NCBI GenBank assembly: GCA_022360905.1
Contig: JAKSBX010000065.1
Coordinates: forward strand, 24,148-88,147
Direction of reading: 5' to 3'
DNA length: 64,000 nucleotides
DNA from: Chromatiales bacterium
GTDB taxonomy: Bacteria; Pseudomonadota; Gammaproteobacteria; Chromatiales; Chromatiaceae
In this document: one piece after another, positions 21,427 through 29,897 of the stretch
Layout of the letters: each line of letters begins with the position of its first letter
Position numbering within the stretch: the stretch's first letter is position 1
The notes under the pieces: model-generated
Databases searched by the model: none
The model's input: only the letters and a program-made list of their open reading frames with translations
What the model was told of the DNA's origin: nothing
Translations under genes and position numbers: made by a program

Positions 21427-21442
21427 TGGCATAAACCCTGCA
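21427..21442 (+). promoter_or_regulatory. Candidate sigma-54 (-24/-12) promoter TGGCATAAACCCTGCA
   Basis: GG and GC have the exact spacing of TGGCACN5TTGCW. It lies in an AT-rich spacer with an upstream inverted repeat TTACACT-N16-AGTGTAA (21346-21375). Confidence 0.45.
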
Positions 21443-21533
21443 ATGACAAATGTCAATATTGGCTAAGCATGACGTTTGTGACTGGTTCGTCATAATTCAA
21501 AATATTTTAAATCTCTAATATTTAAACAATATT

Positions 21534-22412
21534 TTGAATAAGCCAAAGCGTGTTTGGAAAGACACAATAATAAAGGGTTTTTACATGGCATTGGTAAAAG
21601 ATCAGTTGGGCAGTGAAGCGTTCATCGGGGTTTCCGCGATTAAACTCTCATCCTCTCCATTCCCGGCGATGGAAAAGGGGAGTCCTACCGGTGTCTCGAT
21701 CAACGATAATCTCAGGTTGACCGATCAGCATATCCAGGACGGTCTCTCTTGTCTCAACCAGATCCAACAGGGTGATCATCACGTAAGTTCAGAGGAGCTT
21801 GAAAGAAAGCGAATCTCCCGTGAGCTCCACGATGGATTGGGACAGTTGCTTACCACCATGAGCTTGCATATACAGCGTTGTCTGGATGGTTGTGATGGGC
21901 AACAAAATGAACAGCAGAGTCAGCAGCGGGAATCTCTGGAAGCTGTTTCATCCATGGTCAAGCAGGCAATGTCAGAGGTAAGATCGATCTGCAGTGCAAT
22001 TCGACCTGCCATTCTCGATGATCTGGGTGTCATACCCGCAATATCCTGGCAGTGCCGTCAGATTACCAAAGTTTGTAGTGACACCCGAGTGGTAACCGAT
22101 TTCGATGTGGATGAAGAGTCCATACCTGAGGATTACAAGAGTGTCATCTATCGTATTGTGCAAGAGTCCCTGAACAATGCGGTTAAATATTCAAAAGCGA
22201 AAACCATCACTGTCTCACTGCTGCAAGCGCATGATGCCATCCATCTTTTGATCATCGATAATGGCGTCGGATTCGATCCTTCCGAGATTCAGGGGAAGCT
22301 GGGTATGGGGCTGGTCGGTATGCGTGAGCGGGCCGAGTCGGTGGATGGCAGAATACGTATCGATACCGGTGTCGATCAAGGCGTACAGATCCGCGCTTCC
22401 TTTCCCTTGTAG
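21534..22412 (+). CDS. Soluble NarX/UhpB-type (HisKA_3) histidine kinase with no recognizable sensor or TM domain
   Basis: ELHDGLGQ H-box, RPAILDDLG, QESLNNAVKY N-box, DNGVGFD G1, GMGLVGMRER G2. Start uncertain (21534, 21585 or 21669). Confidence 0.9.
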   Translation: MNKPKRVWKDTIIKGFYMALVKDQLGSEAFIGVSAIKLSSSPFPAMEKGSPTGVSINDNLRLTDQHIQDGLSCLNQIQQGDHHVSSEELERKRISRELHDGLGQLLTTMSLHIQRCLDGCDGQQNEQQSQQRESLEAVSSMVKQAMSEVRSICSAIRPAILDDLGVIPAISWQCRQITKVCSDTRVVTDFDVDEESIPEDYKSVIYRIVQESLNNAVKYSKAKTITVSLLQAHDAIHLLIIDNGVGFDPSEIQGKLGMGLVGMRERAESVDGRIRIDTGVDQGVQIRASFPL

Positions 22413-22484
22413 TGATCCTGGTAGCTGCTGTGAGATATCAAAACGCTCTGTAACTAAATCTATTATAGATTTATATCTTGCCAG

Positions 22485-23153
22485 TTAGCGGTTGATCAAA
22501 CCTTTCTCCAGCGCATAAGTCGTCAGCGCTGAAACATTGTGCAGATCAAGTTTTTTCATCAGGTTGGCACGGTGTTTTTCAACTGTTTTTACACTGATGC
22601 AGAGATAGTCAGCCATACTTTTATTGGTATGTCCTTCTGCAATGAGTTTCAGTATTTGACGCTCTCGTTGAGTAACCGTATCCCATCGAGTGAGGGGTTC
22701 ATTGTTGACATTATTGGTTTGCAGATAGCTGTTGACGACTTTTTCCGTTATCTCTGCGCTTAAGTATGTTTTGCCATTCAATACACGCTCAGCCGCTGTC
22801 ATTAACTCATTCTGAGTTGCATCCTTCAGAACATAACCATTGGCGCCTGCCTTAAGACTTGCCAAAACGTACTCTTCTTCATTGTGCACTGTCAGCACCA
22901 GGGTTTTGATCTCGGTATCCCGTTCTTTTATTTCGCGTATCGCATCCATGCCATTCATGCCGGGCATATTCAGATCCATGATTACCAGGTCCGGTTTGAG
23001 TTCAATGACCCGTCGTATTGCATCGCGGCCATTATCTGCTTCGCCAATCACATCGAACTGGGGATTGGAGGTTAATAATGCTTTTAATCCAGCACGCAGA
23101 ATATTGTGGTCTTCGGCGATGATGATTTTTTTCTTGTCACTGTTCATTGTCAC
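22485..23153 (-). CDS. NarL/FixJ (LuxR-HTH) family response regulator
   Basis: IAEDHNILR, VIMDLNMPGMNG receiver, and TQRERQILKLIAEG...KTVEKHRANLMKKL HTH. Confidence 0.95.
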   Translation of the reverse strand: MTMNSDKKKIIIAEDHNILRAGLKALLTSNPQFDVIGEADNGRDAIRRVIELKPDLVIMDLNMPGMNGMDAIREIKERDTEIKTLVLTVHNEEEYVLASLKAGANGYVLKDATQNELMTAAERVLNGKTYLSAEITEKVVNSYLQTNNVNNEPLTRWDTVTQRERQILKLIAEGHTNKSMADYLCISVKTVEKHRANLMKKLDLHNVSALTTYALEKGLINR

Positions 23154-23483
23154 CCGAACCTATCTCATCTCACTCCAGTTTTGATTCCTTTGCGCATCGT
23201 TTTCCAGCTATTACTCAGACAAGTTTAGGTGTGATTGCAGGTGATGCAAATTTCAAACCTGTCTGCCTGCTCATTCCGATGGAAATTCTTACCATTCACC
23301 ATGACACAAATTGTTTATTGAATAAACCACAAAATCGGCAGCACCGCCACTGTGAAAATCCACAGGCAAGCGTGGCTTGCTATGTATCGATTGGCGAATG
23401 GATCAAAAGTCAACTTTTCGTCTGTTTTTTTATGAATTTTAAGATTTTAAGTAGTCATAGGAAAACTCTATCTCCTATCTGTC

Positions 23484-23507
23484 AACCCTACCACCCAGGG
23501 TAGGGTT
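23484..23507. promoter_or_regulatory. Perfect inverted repeat AACCCTAC-N8-GTAGGGTT in the divergent promoter region; candidate regulator site
   Basis: 8-bp arms read directly from the sequence, between the response regulator and the giant gene. Confidence 0.4.
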
Positions 23508-23712
23508 TCTGCTGCCGCTCAAATACCGGGTTATCTCCTTTTCCAGTAGGGGCTTGCGTAGAGAAATAGCGTAGTTTCACGCAAAGCCACCTTTTATATA
23601 GATGGGTAGACTTTGGCCTAAGTACTGGTAATGGGGCTGGTAGTTTTTTTGACTTGAGTCAGATAGAGCCCCTGGAAAGTTGAATGACCAATAGGGGTCT
23701 GGAGAAAAATCC

Positions 23713-26700
23713 ATGATAAATGAAAATCAGGGTTACAAAAACAGAGGCTTGCAGTTTGTTGTATTTCTATGCCTCTCATTTCTGGTTACTACGCTGAATG
23801 CAGCCACTTTGACGATCAATGTGGTTGACCAGTCAGGTAACCCAATCACCGATGCGGATTTTGGATTTCGCTGGATGCTGGAGCGGGATAATACCTTCCC
23901 AGTTGATCCAATGAATCCTGGCACAACCGCTGATGAGTTACTATCGCTCAGCTTTCATGCCAGTAATCATGAAATCGGTGTCGGTACAGACGGCAGTTCG
24001 TTGGCAGGTAATGTCGACGGCAGTACGGCAAGCATTACCGACGATATCATCCCTGCAGGCCGCTATTATGTCTCTGTTCATCCTTACAGTGGTTATAGCC
24101 TGAGCGGTACTTCAGTAGAACTCACCGCAACAGATGCTGGTGTGGTTGAGGTCACTGTCCAGCAGTATCCGATCCCTACTGCACAGATCTCGATCTATCT
24201 GTTCGAGGATAAGCATCCGGTGAATGGTGTTCCGGATCTGCCGGAAGAGCAGAATGACGGCACTGTTGATTGGACTCAGTTCAGCCTGTTCCTTGAAGAG
24301 CCGGGCGGTCGCTACGGTGCCGCTGGCGGTCAGGTGATTCAGGACGCTTTCGGTAACTACCTCGGTACCACCTATGACCAGACCTGTGCTACCAGTAACC
24401 CGGTCGGTACTGGCGGTGATACCCCGGGTGGTATGATCAACGCGACCTGTATCGATGCTGACGGCAATCCGGTTATCGATGTACTGGGTGACGGTACCAT
24501 GCAGCCGGATGAGAACGGCTATCTGAATGTTAAAAACCTTGCGCCCGGCAAGTATGGTGTGGTCATCATTCCGCCACCCAACGCCGGTTGGCAGCAGACC
24601 AGCACCATCGAAGGTAGTAAGGTAATCGACGCTTGGGTCAAGGCCAACGAGCCGGCGGTTTTCGTGGAATTCGGTCTTCCAGGTCCCCATGTCTTCATGG
24701 GTTTTGTGCGTCCTTTCGCCGATCTGCCCCCAGCCCAGCCGGGTGAGCAGGTTGCAACGGTTAGCGGTACCGTTACCGACATGCACATGTCCCGTAACCC
24801 GGCTACCACCTTCTTCACTGGCCGTCCTTTCCCACAATGTTGGGTAGCCATCAACCAGGTCGGTGAGGGTGGCGCCCTGGGTCGCGCCGTCTATGCGGAT
24901 GCCTGTGATGGTGACAGCAACTTCTCTGTGGATCTGGTACCGCCAGGTCAGTATCAACTCGCGGTTTGGGATGCCAACCTGGATGTGGTCTTCGCCTCCT
25001 TGTTGTTCACCGTGGATCCAACCGGTGGTTCCTGTAACGGTGGCACCGTGGCCTCCTGTAGTTTTGGTGATGTGCCGGTATTCAACTGGTTCACACGTCT
25101 CAACACCGGCATCTTCAGGGATGATGACCAGGACGGTTTCTGGGACGACACTGAGATCGGTATCGGTCCTGAGAGTCAGGAGACCGTACTGCGCTGGCGT
25201 GACGGCACCATCTATCAGGCCTTCCCGACGGATGGTGATGGTTTAGCACCTTTTGATGAGATCTTCCCCTTCTTCCACTGGCTGGTTGCTGAAGTCAGCT
25301 TCGGTAACAAGAAAGCCACTGGTGCCACTTTTGTTGTGGACGCCGGTGGTGAAGTTCGTCCGGACGGCGGCTGGGCCGATCCTACCTTTGGCGAGCTCAA
25401 CCCTCAGGGGCAGTGTGAAGCTCGCGGCGTAGGCCATAGCGATATCATTATCTCTGCTACCGATCCTCGCGGTGCTATCGGTGATTGTCTCGGTTCTGAT
25501 GACGGTGGTGTTACCTGGGTTGTTGAAAACGCCCGGCAGATCATCAATCCGAATACCGGTAACAATCTGTCTCGCACCGAGACCGGTCTGGTACTCACCC
25601 AGGGCTTTCAGGGCTTTCTGGGGCAGACCAGTGTGATGCAGTTCGGTAAAGTCGACTATGTGATCGATACCCCGTTTGACTTCACCGCATTTCCTCCAAG
25701 AATTTCCGAGTATGTGGGTGAGAACGGCGGTATCTCCGGTATCGTCTACTACGCCACCACCCGTGCGGAAGATGAGCCTCAGTTCGCTGCGGCCGAGGAG
25801 TGGGAGCCTGGGGTACCACGGGTGCAGCTGGCTCTCTATGCGGATGGTGATGTCAACTGTCCTCCATTGACCAACTTTCCAACTGATCCTTGCGACATCG
25901 ACTGGAATGGTGACGGTATCCAGCAGCCGGACGATGGCGTGATCGAGGATATCAATGGTGAAGCCGGCATCCAACGGGCTGACGTGGATAACCACCCCTT
26001 AGGATGGGTGGACTGTTCGCCAGCTTGTGGTCCTGGTCCAGAAGACGTCGATTACAACGGCAATGGTGCTTTTGATCTTGGTGACGCCTTACAGATCACC
26101 CATACCGACAGCTGGGATGACAATCTACCTACCGGTTGTCAGGGTACCAATAACCCACCAGGTGCGGAGGTTGACCCTGCGGTCGATGATCAGCGCTGTT
26201 TCGATGGTCTGCGTAACTTCAACCAGGTTCGCGATGCACTGTTTGATGGTGGGTATGCTTTTGAAGACTACGACCTTGACCATCTGGCGTCGATTCCGGC
26301 TGCTCCCGGTTATAACGCTGCAGTCGTAGCTGCTAATCTCAGCGCTTTCTACGATGGTCTGAATACCGGCTGGCCGGAGTTGAATCTTCCGGGTGCCTGG
26401 CTCATCCCTGGTGACTATCTGGTTGAATCAGCAACACCTGCCGGTTACAAGCTGGTCAGGGAGCACCACAAGAATGTGGACTACGGCGATGAGTACATCC
26501 CGTCGCTGCAGGCCTTCCCCGCGACCTGCGTGGGCGAAGAAGTGATGGTGCCTCCTTATCTCGCAATGGCCACCAAAGACGGTAGCGGTGAAGCGGCTCA
26601 GCTGATCGCTGGTGTTGAAGCCATCGAGGCGCCTTTCGCCGGCGAAATGAGACCGCTCTGTGATCTCAAGCATGTACCGCTCTCAGCCGGTCAGAATGCG

Positions 26701-29700
26701 GCGGCCGAGTTCTTCCTGATGACCGACGTGCCTAAAGCAGGCAACATCTCGGGCATGATCCTCAACGACCTGGCCAACGAGTTCAACCCGAACTCACCCC
26801 AGTTCGGTGAGAAATTCGCACCGCCTCATGTGCCGATAGCGTTCTACGACTGGAACGGTAATGAGATCAATCGTGTCTATGCGGACAAGTATGGTCGCTA
26901 CAACCTGATGGTTGCTTCGACCACCACGGCGAATCTACCGATGCCATCAGGCATGTCGCCGAATATGCTGGTCTCTTGTATGAACGATGCGGGTCCGATT
27001 CCGAATCCGGATTTTACTGGTGCCGCCGGCGACGGTGTTGATGCCAGTGGTAATCCTGAGTTCATTATCGATCCACATTTCGATACTCAGTACAGCCAGT
27101 TCTGTTACACCTTCCAGTACATGCCGGGTACCATCACCTATCTGGATACCCCGGTTGAGCCGGTGGCTGCCTTTGCCGGTCCGGACCAGTTCCCACTGGA
27201 TTGTGAAGCGCCAACACAGACCCCGGCGATCTCCTCCGTGCTGCGTGAGGTGGTTCCAGCCAGCGGCATCGAAGGTCCTTTCGTGGTCGCCGGTACTGGT
27301 GAGAACATCGTCATCAACGCCAAAGGCCTGACCGCTGTTCGTAACCCGGAATGGGCCGAAGGAGATCCTTTAGCTGAACAGAACATTGATCGGGATTACG
27401 GTTTTGGTACCGTTGCCGGTTCGGTTCTTGTTCAGGATCGGAGTGGTAATCCAGTGACTACCCTGGGTGTCTCAACCTGGAGTGACAACGCCATTATCGC
27501 CTCTACTGCTGGTCTGGCAGCCGGTGAATACCAACTGCTGGTAGAGCACAACAACGGTAGTGTCTCTCCCACGGGTATCACACTGACCGTCGGTATCGCT
27601 GAAGGTGTGGGTCTTGGTAATAACAACTCCACCTATAACGTTGTCAATGTACCAAGCGCCGCCTATCCGACTATCCAGGATGCGATCGGCAGTCTCGATA
27701 ACGGCCTTGGTGGTGTCGGCGCTGGTGACCTGATCATTGTCAGGCCTGGTCTCTACAATGAGATGGTGATCATGTGGAAGCCGGTCAAGCTGCAGGGCTT
27801 TGGTGCCGAGACTACAATCATCAATGCCCGACAGACACCGACAGAAAAGATTATCGCCTGGCGTGAACTGGCTGCCGAGCTGGTTGGTACAGGTACAATC
27901 GACCAACTGCCAGGGCAGCTGGTACCCGTACCTTTCTTTGGTGGCGTTCAGGGTGCACTGGGTGCACCGATCTTCCCCACGGAAGAGGGTGCAGGCATCA
28001 TGGTTGCGGGTAAGTGGACCGGTCCCAACAGGTTCCATCGTAACAACCGCAACCGCTATGCCCGTATCGATGGTCTGAGCATCATCGGCGCCAGTACCGG
28101 TGGCGGCATTGTTGCCAACGGCTACACCCGTTTCCTGGTCATCTCCAATAACCGTCTCACCACTAACTCCGGTTTTTATGGTGGCGGTATCCGCATTGGC
28201 CACTCTACTCTGACTCATGAAATTAATGATGAGGATGATGAGTTCTTCAGACGCGGCTATAACAGCTGGCTTGAAGATCAGGCTGAAGACGGTTTCATGG
28301 CCTATGATGACGCCTTCGCCGACAACATGAATATCCATCATAACGAGATCATCAAGAATGGTGGATTGAATGGCGCCGGCGGTGGTATCTCAATCCACAC
28401 TGGTGCTAACAACTATCGTGTTCGCAGCAACTGGATCTGCGGTAACTTCTCCAAAGGTGATGGTGCCGGTATCGGCCATCTGGGACTCTCCCGCGGTGGT
28501 CAGATCCTGGATAACACCATTATCTTCAACGAGAGCTTCAGTCAGACACCAGGCACCAAGCCTGCCGGTGGCGGTATCTTCGTCGGTGGACTGGCCGGAC
28601 TGCGAGTCGATGAAGAGACTGGCCTGACCCTGTCTCCCGGTTCTGGTAACGTCAACATTCTCGGTAACCAGATTCGGGGCAACCTGGCCGGTGCCGGTGA
28701 TGGTGGCGGTATTGCCATGCTGAGTGTCAACGGTGAGGATATCGCACGCGACCCTGATGTCTTCGGCCGCTGGTATCGGGTAATTGTTGCCAACAACATG
28801 CTGAGCAACAATGTCTCAGGTCTTGCTGGCGCCATCTCTCTGTCAGACAGTGTCAAGACCTACATCCGTTACAACACGATTGCGAACAACGACTCCACCG
28901 CAACCGGTTCACAGGCTTTTGGTATCACTGATCCCAATCAGTCTATCGCCAAACCGGCTGGTGTCGTTGCCCGCTACCACAGTGCAACCATGATGTCTCT
29001 CATCGATGATGACGTTGCAGAAGAGTTCCCTGGCTCGCGGTTTGATGAAGATGATGTGCGGAATCGTAGTGAAGAGCGGATGACTTTCTCTGATCCGATC
29101 AGTCTGGTGGATAACATCGTCTACCATAACCGCTCGTTCTACTGGCGGAATACAGATGATCCAACGACCGTGGTACTGGAGAACGGTCTGGTGCCCGCAT
29201 CCTGCGATAACACCACCAACACAAACTGCGATATCACGTTGGTTAACGTGGAGGACTATACCCAGGATCTGGCAGTGCTGAACGGACACACCGTCAATCC
29301 GGTGCATCCGCAGTACGGCCCGATGTTGTTGCGTCCGCTGCGTAATCTGTTGCAGACCGGTGCATCTGCGGTTGCCAACAACACTTATATTGACGGCTAC
29401 TCAACAGCAAACAATGACCCGCACAACTCGCTTGGTCCGGTGTTTGTCAATGGTCGCTTCAATGAGGACCGTAATGCACTGATCTTCCCAGAGTTCAAAG
29501 TGCTGCAGGCAGCCGGTGCATTCGATGAAGGCGGCAACTTCCTGCAGGTCAACTTCGGTCCGCTCTCTCTGCTCGATATCGACGGTAATACTGCAACAGC
29601 GGATGCCCTTATCGATTATCACTTAGAGGCTGGAAGCCCGGCTATCGATGCGGCTGCCGCATCTGCCGGTACTGGCATCTACTCAACCGATATCGATGGT

Positions 29701-29754
29701 GATGCAAGACCGCAGGGCGCCAGAACCGACACCGGTGCCGATGAGAGGTTGTAA
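23713..29754 (+). CDS. Giant secreted protein (2013 aa): SdrD-B/prealbumin-like repeats, IPT/TIG-like domain, right-handed beta-helix, C-terminal choice-of-anchor-Q-like motif
   Basis: Sec signal peptide; GIFRDDDQDGFWDDTEIG and DxDxNG Ca-binding motifs; TIQDAI...GDLIIVRPGLYNE beta-helix entry; terminal DYHLEAGSPAIDAA...DIDGDARPQG...DTGADE. Confidence 0.8.
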   Translation: MINENQGYKNRGLQFVVFLCLSFLVTTLNAATLTINVVDQSGNPITDADFGFRWMLERDNTFPVDPMNPGTTADELLSLSFHASNHEIGVGTDGSSLAGNVDGSTASITDDIIPAGRYYVSVHPYSGYSLSGTSVELTATDAGVVEVTVQQYPIPTAQISIYLFEDKHPVNGVPDLPEEQNDGTVDWTQFSLFLEEPGGRYGAAGGQVIQDAFGNYLGTTYDQTCATSNPVGTGGDTPGGMINATCIDADGNPVIDVLGDGTMQPDENGYLNVKNLAPGKYGVVIIPPPNAGWQQTSTIEGSKVIDAWVKANEPAVFVEFGLPGPHVFMGFVRPFADLPPAQPGEQVATVSGTVTDMHMSRNPATTFFTGRPFPQCWVAINQVGEGGALGRAVYADACDGDSNFSVDLVPPGQYQLAVWDANLDVVFASLLFTVDPTGGSCNGGTVASCSFGDVPVFNWFTRLNTGIFRDDDQDGFWDDTEIGIGPESQETVLRWRDGTIYQAFPTDGDGLAPFDEIFPFFHWLVAEVSFGNKKATGATFVVDAGGEVRPDGGWADPTFGELNPQGQCEARGVGHSDIIISATDPRGAIGDCLGSDDGGVTWVVENARQIINPNTGNNLSRTETGLVLTQGFQGFLGQTSVMQFGKVDYVIDTPFDFTAFPPRISEYVGENGGISGIVYYATTRAEDEPQFAAAEEWEPGVPRVQLALYADGDVNCPPLTNFPTDPCDIDWNGDGIQQPDDGVIEDINGEAGIQRADVDNHPLGWVDCSPACGPGPEDVDYNGNGAFDLGDALQITHTDSWDDNLPTGCQGTNNPPGAEVDPAVDDQRCFDGLRNFNQVRDALFDGGYAFEDYDLDHLASIPAAPGYNAAVVAANLSAFYDGLNTGWPELNLPGAWLIPGDYLVESATPAGYKLVREHHKNVDYGDEYIPSLQAFPATCVGEEVMVPPYLAMATKDGSGEAAQLIAGVEAIEAPFAGEMRPLCDLKHVPLSAGQNAAAEFFLMTDVPKAGNISGMILNDLANEFNPNSPQFGEKFAPPHVPIAFYDWNGNEINRVYADKYGRYNLMVASTTTANLPMPSGMSPNMLVSCMNDAGPIPNPDFTGAAGDGVDASGNPEFIIDPHFDTQYSQFCYTFQYMPGTITYLDTPVEPVAAFAGPDQFPLDCEAPTQTPAISSVLREVVPASGIEGPFVVAGTGENIVINAKGLTAVRNPEWAEGDPLAEQNIDRDYGFGTVAGSVLVQDRSGNPVTTLGVSTWSDNAIIASTAGLAAGEYQLLVEHNNGSVSPTGITLTVGIAEGVGLGNNNSTYNVVNVPSAAYPTIQDAIGSLDNGLGGVGAGDLIIVRPGLYNEMVIMWKPVKLQGFGAETTIINARQTPTEKIIAWRELAAELVGTGTIDQLPGQLVPVPFFGGVQGALGAPIFPTEEGAGIMVAGKWTGPNRFHRNNRNRYARIDGLSIIGASTGGGIVANGYTRFLVISNNRLTTNSGFYGGGIRIGHSTLTHEINDEDDEFFRRGYNSWLEDQAEDGFMAYDDAFADNMNIHHNEIIKNGGLNGAGGGISIHTGANNYRVRSNWICGNFSKGDGAGIGHLGLSRGGQILDNTIIFNESFSQTPGTKPAGGGIFVGGLAGLRVDEETGLTLSPGSGNVNILGNQIRGNLAGAGDGGGIAMLSVNGEDIARDPDVFGRWYRVIVANNMLSNNVSGLAGAISLSDSVKTYIRYNTIANNDSTATGSQAFGITDPNQSIAKPAGVVARYHSATMMSLIDDDVAEEFPGSRFDEDDVRNRSEERMTFSDPISLVDNIVYHNRSFYWRNTDDPTTVVLENGLVPASCDNTTNTNCDITLVNVEDYTQDLAVLNGHTVNPVHPQYGPMLLRPLRNLLQTGASAVANNTYIDGYSTANNDPHNSLGPVFVNGRFNEDRNALIFPEFKVLQAAGAFDEGGNFLQVNFGPLSLLDIDGNTATADALIDYHLEAGSPAIDAAAASAGTGIYSTDIDGDARPQGARTDTGADERL

Positions 29755-29897
29755 TCATGAAAATGATCGACACACATGCAACTGAAAAGCGCCAGCCTGT
29801 CACCATGGACAATATCCTGGTTACAGGGTGGAACAAACTTCGCAAAACCACATTAGGTGAGTCAGGCGCTTACAAAATGACGAGGAGTAAACGCCCT

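Noticed and set aside
23147-23503. 118-aa plus-strand ORF in the divergent promoter region
   Set aside because: AT-rich, no recognizable features, and it overlaps the regulator start and candidate regulatory sites.
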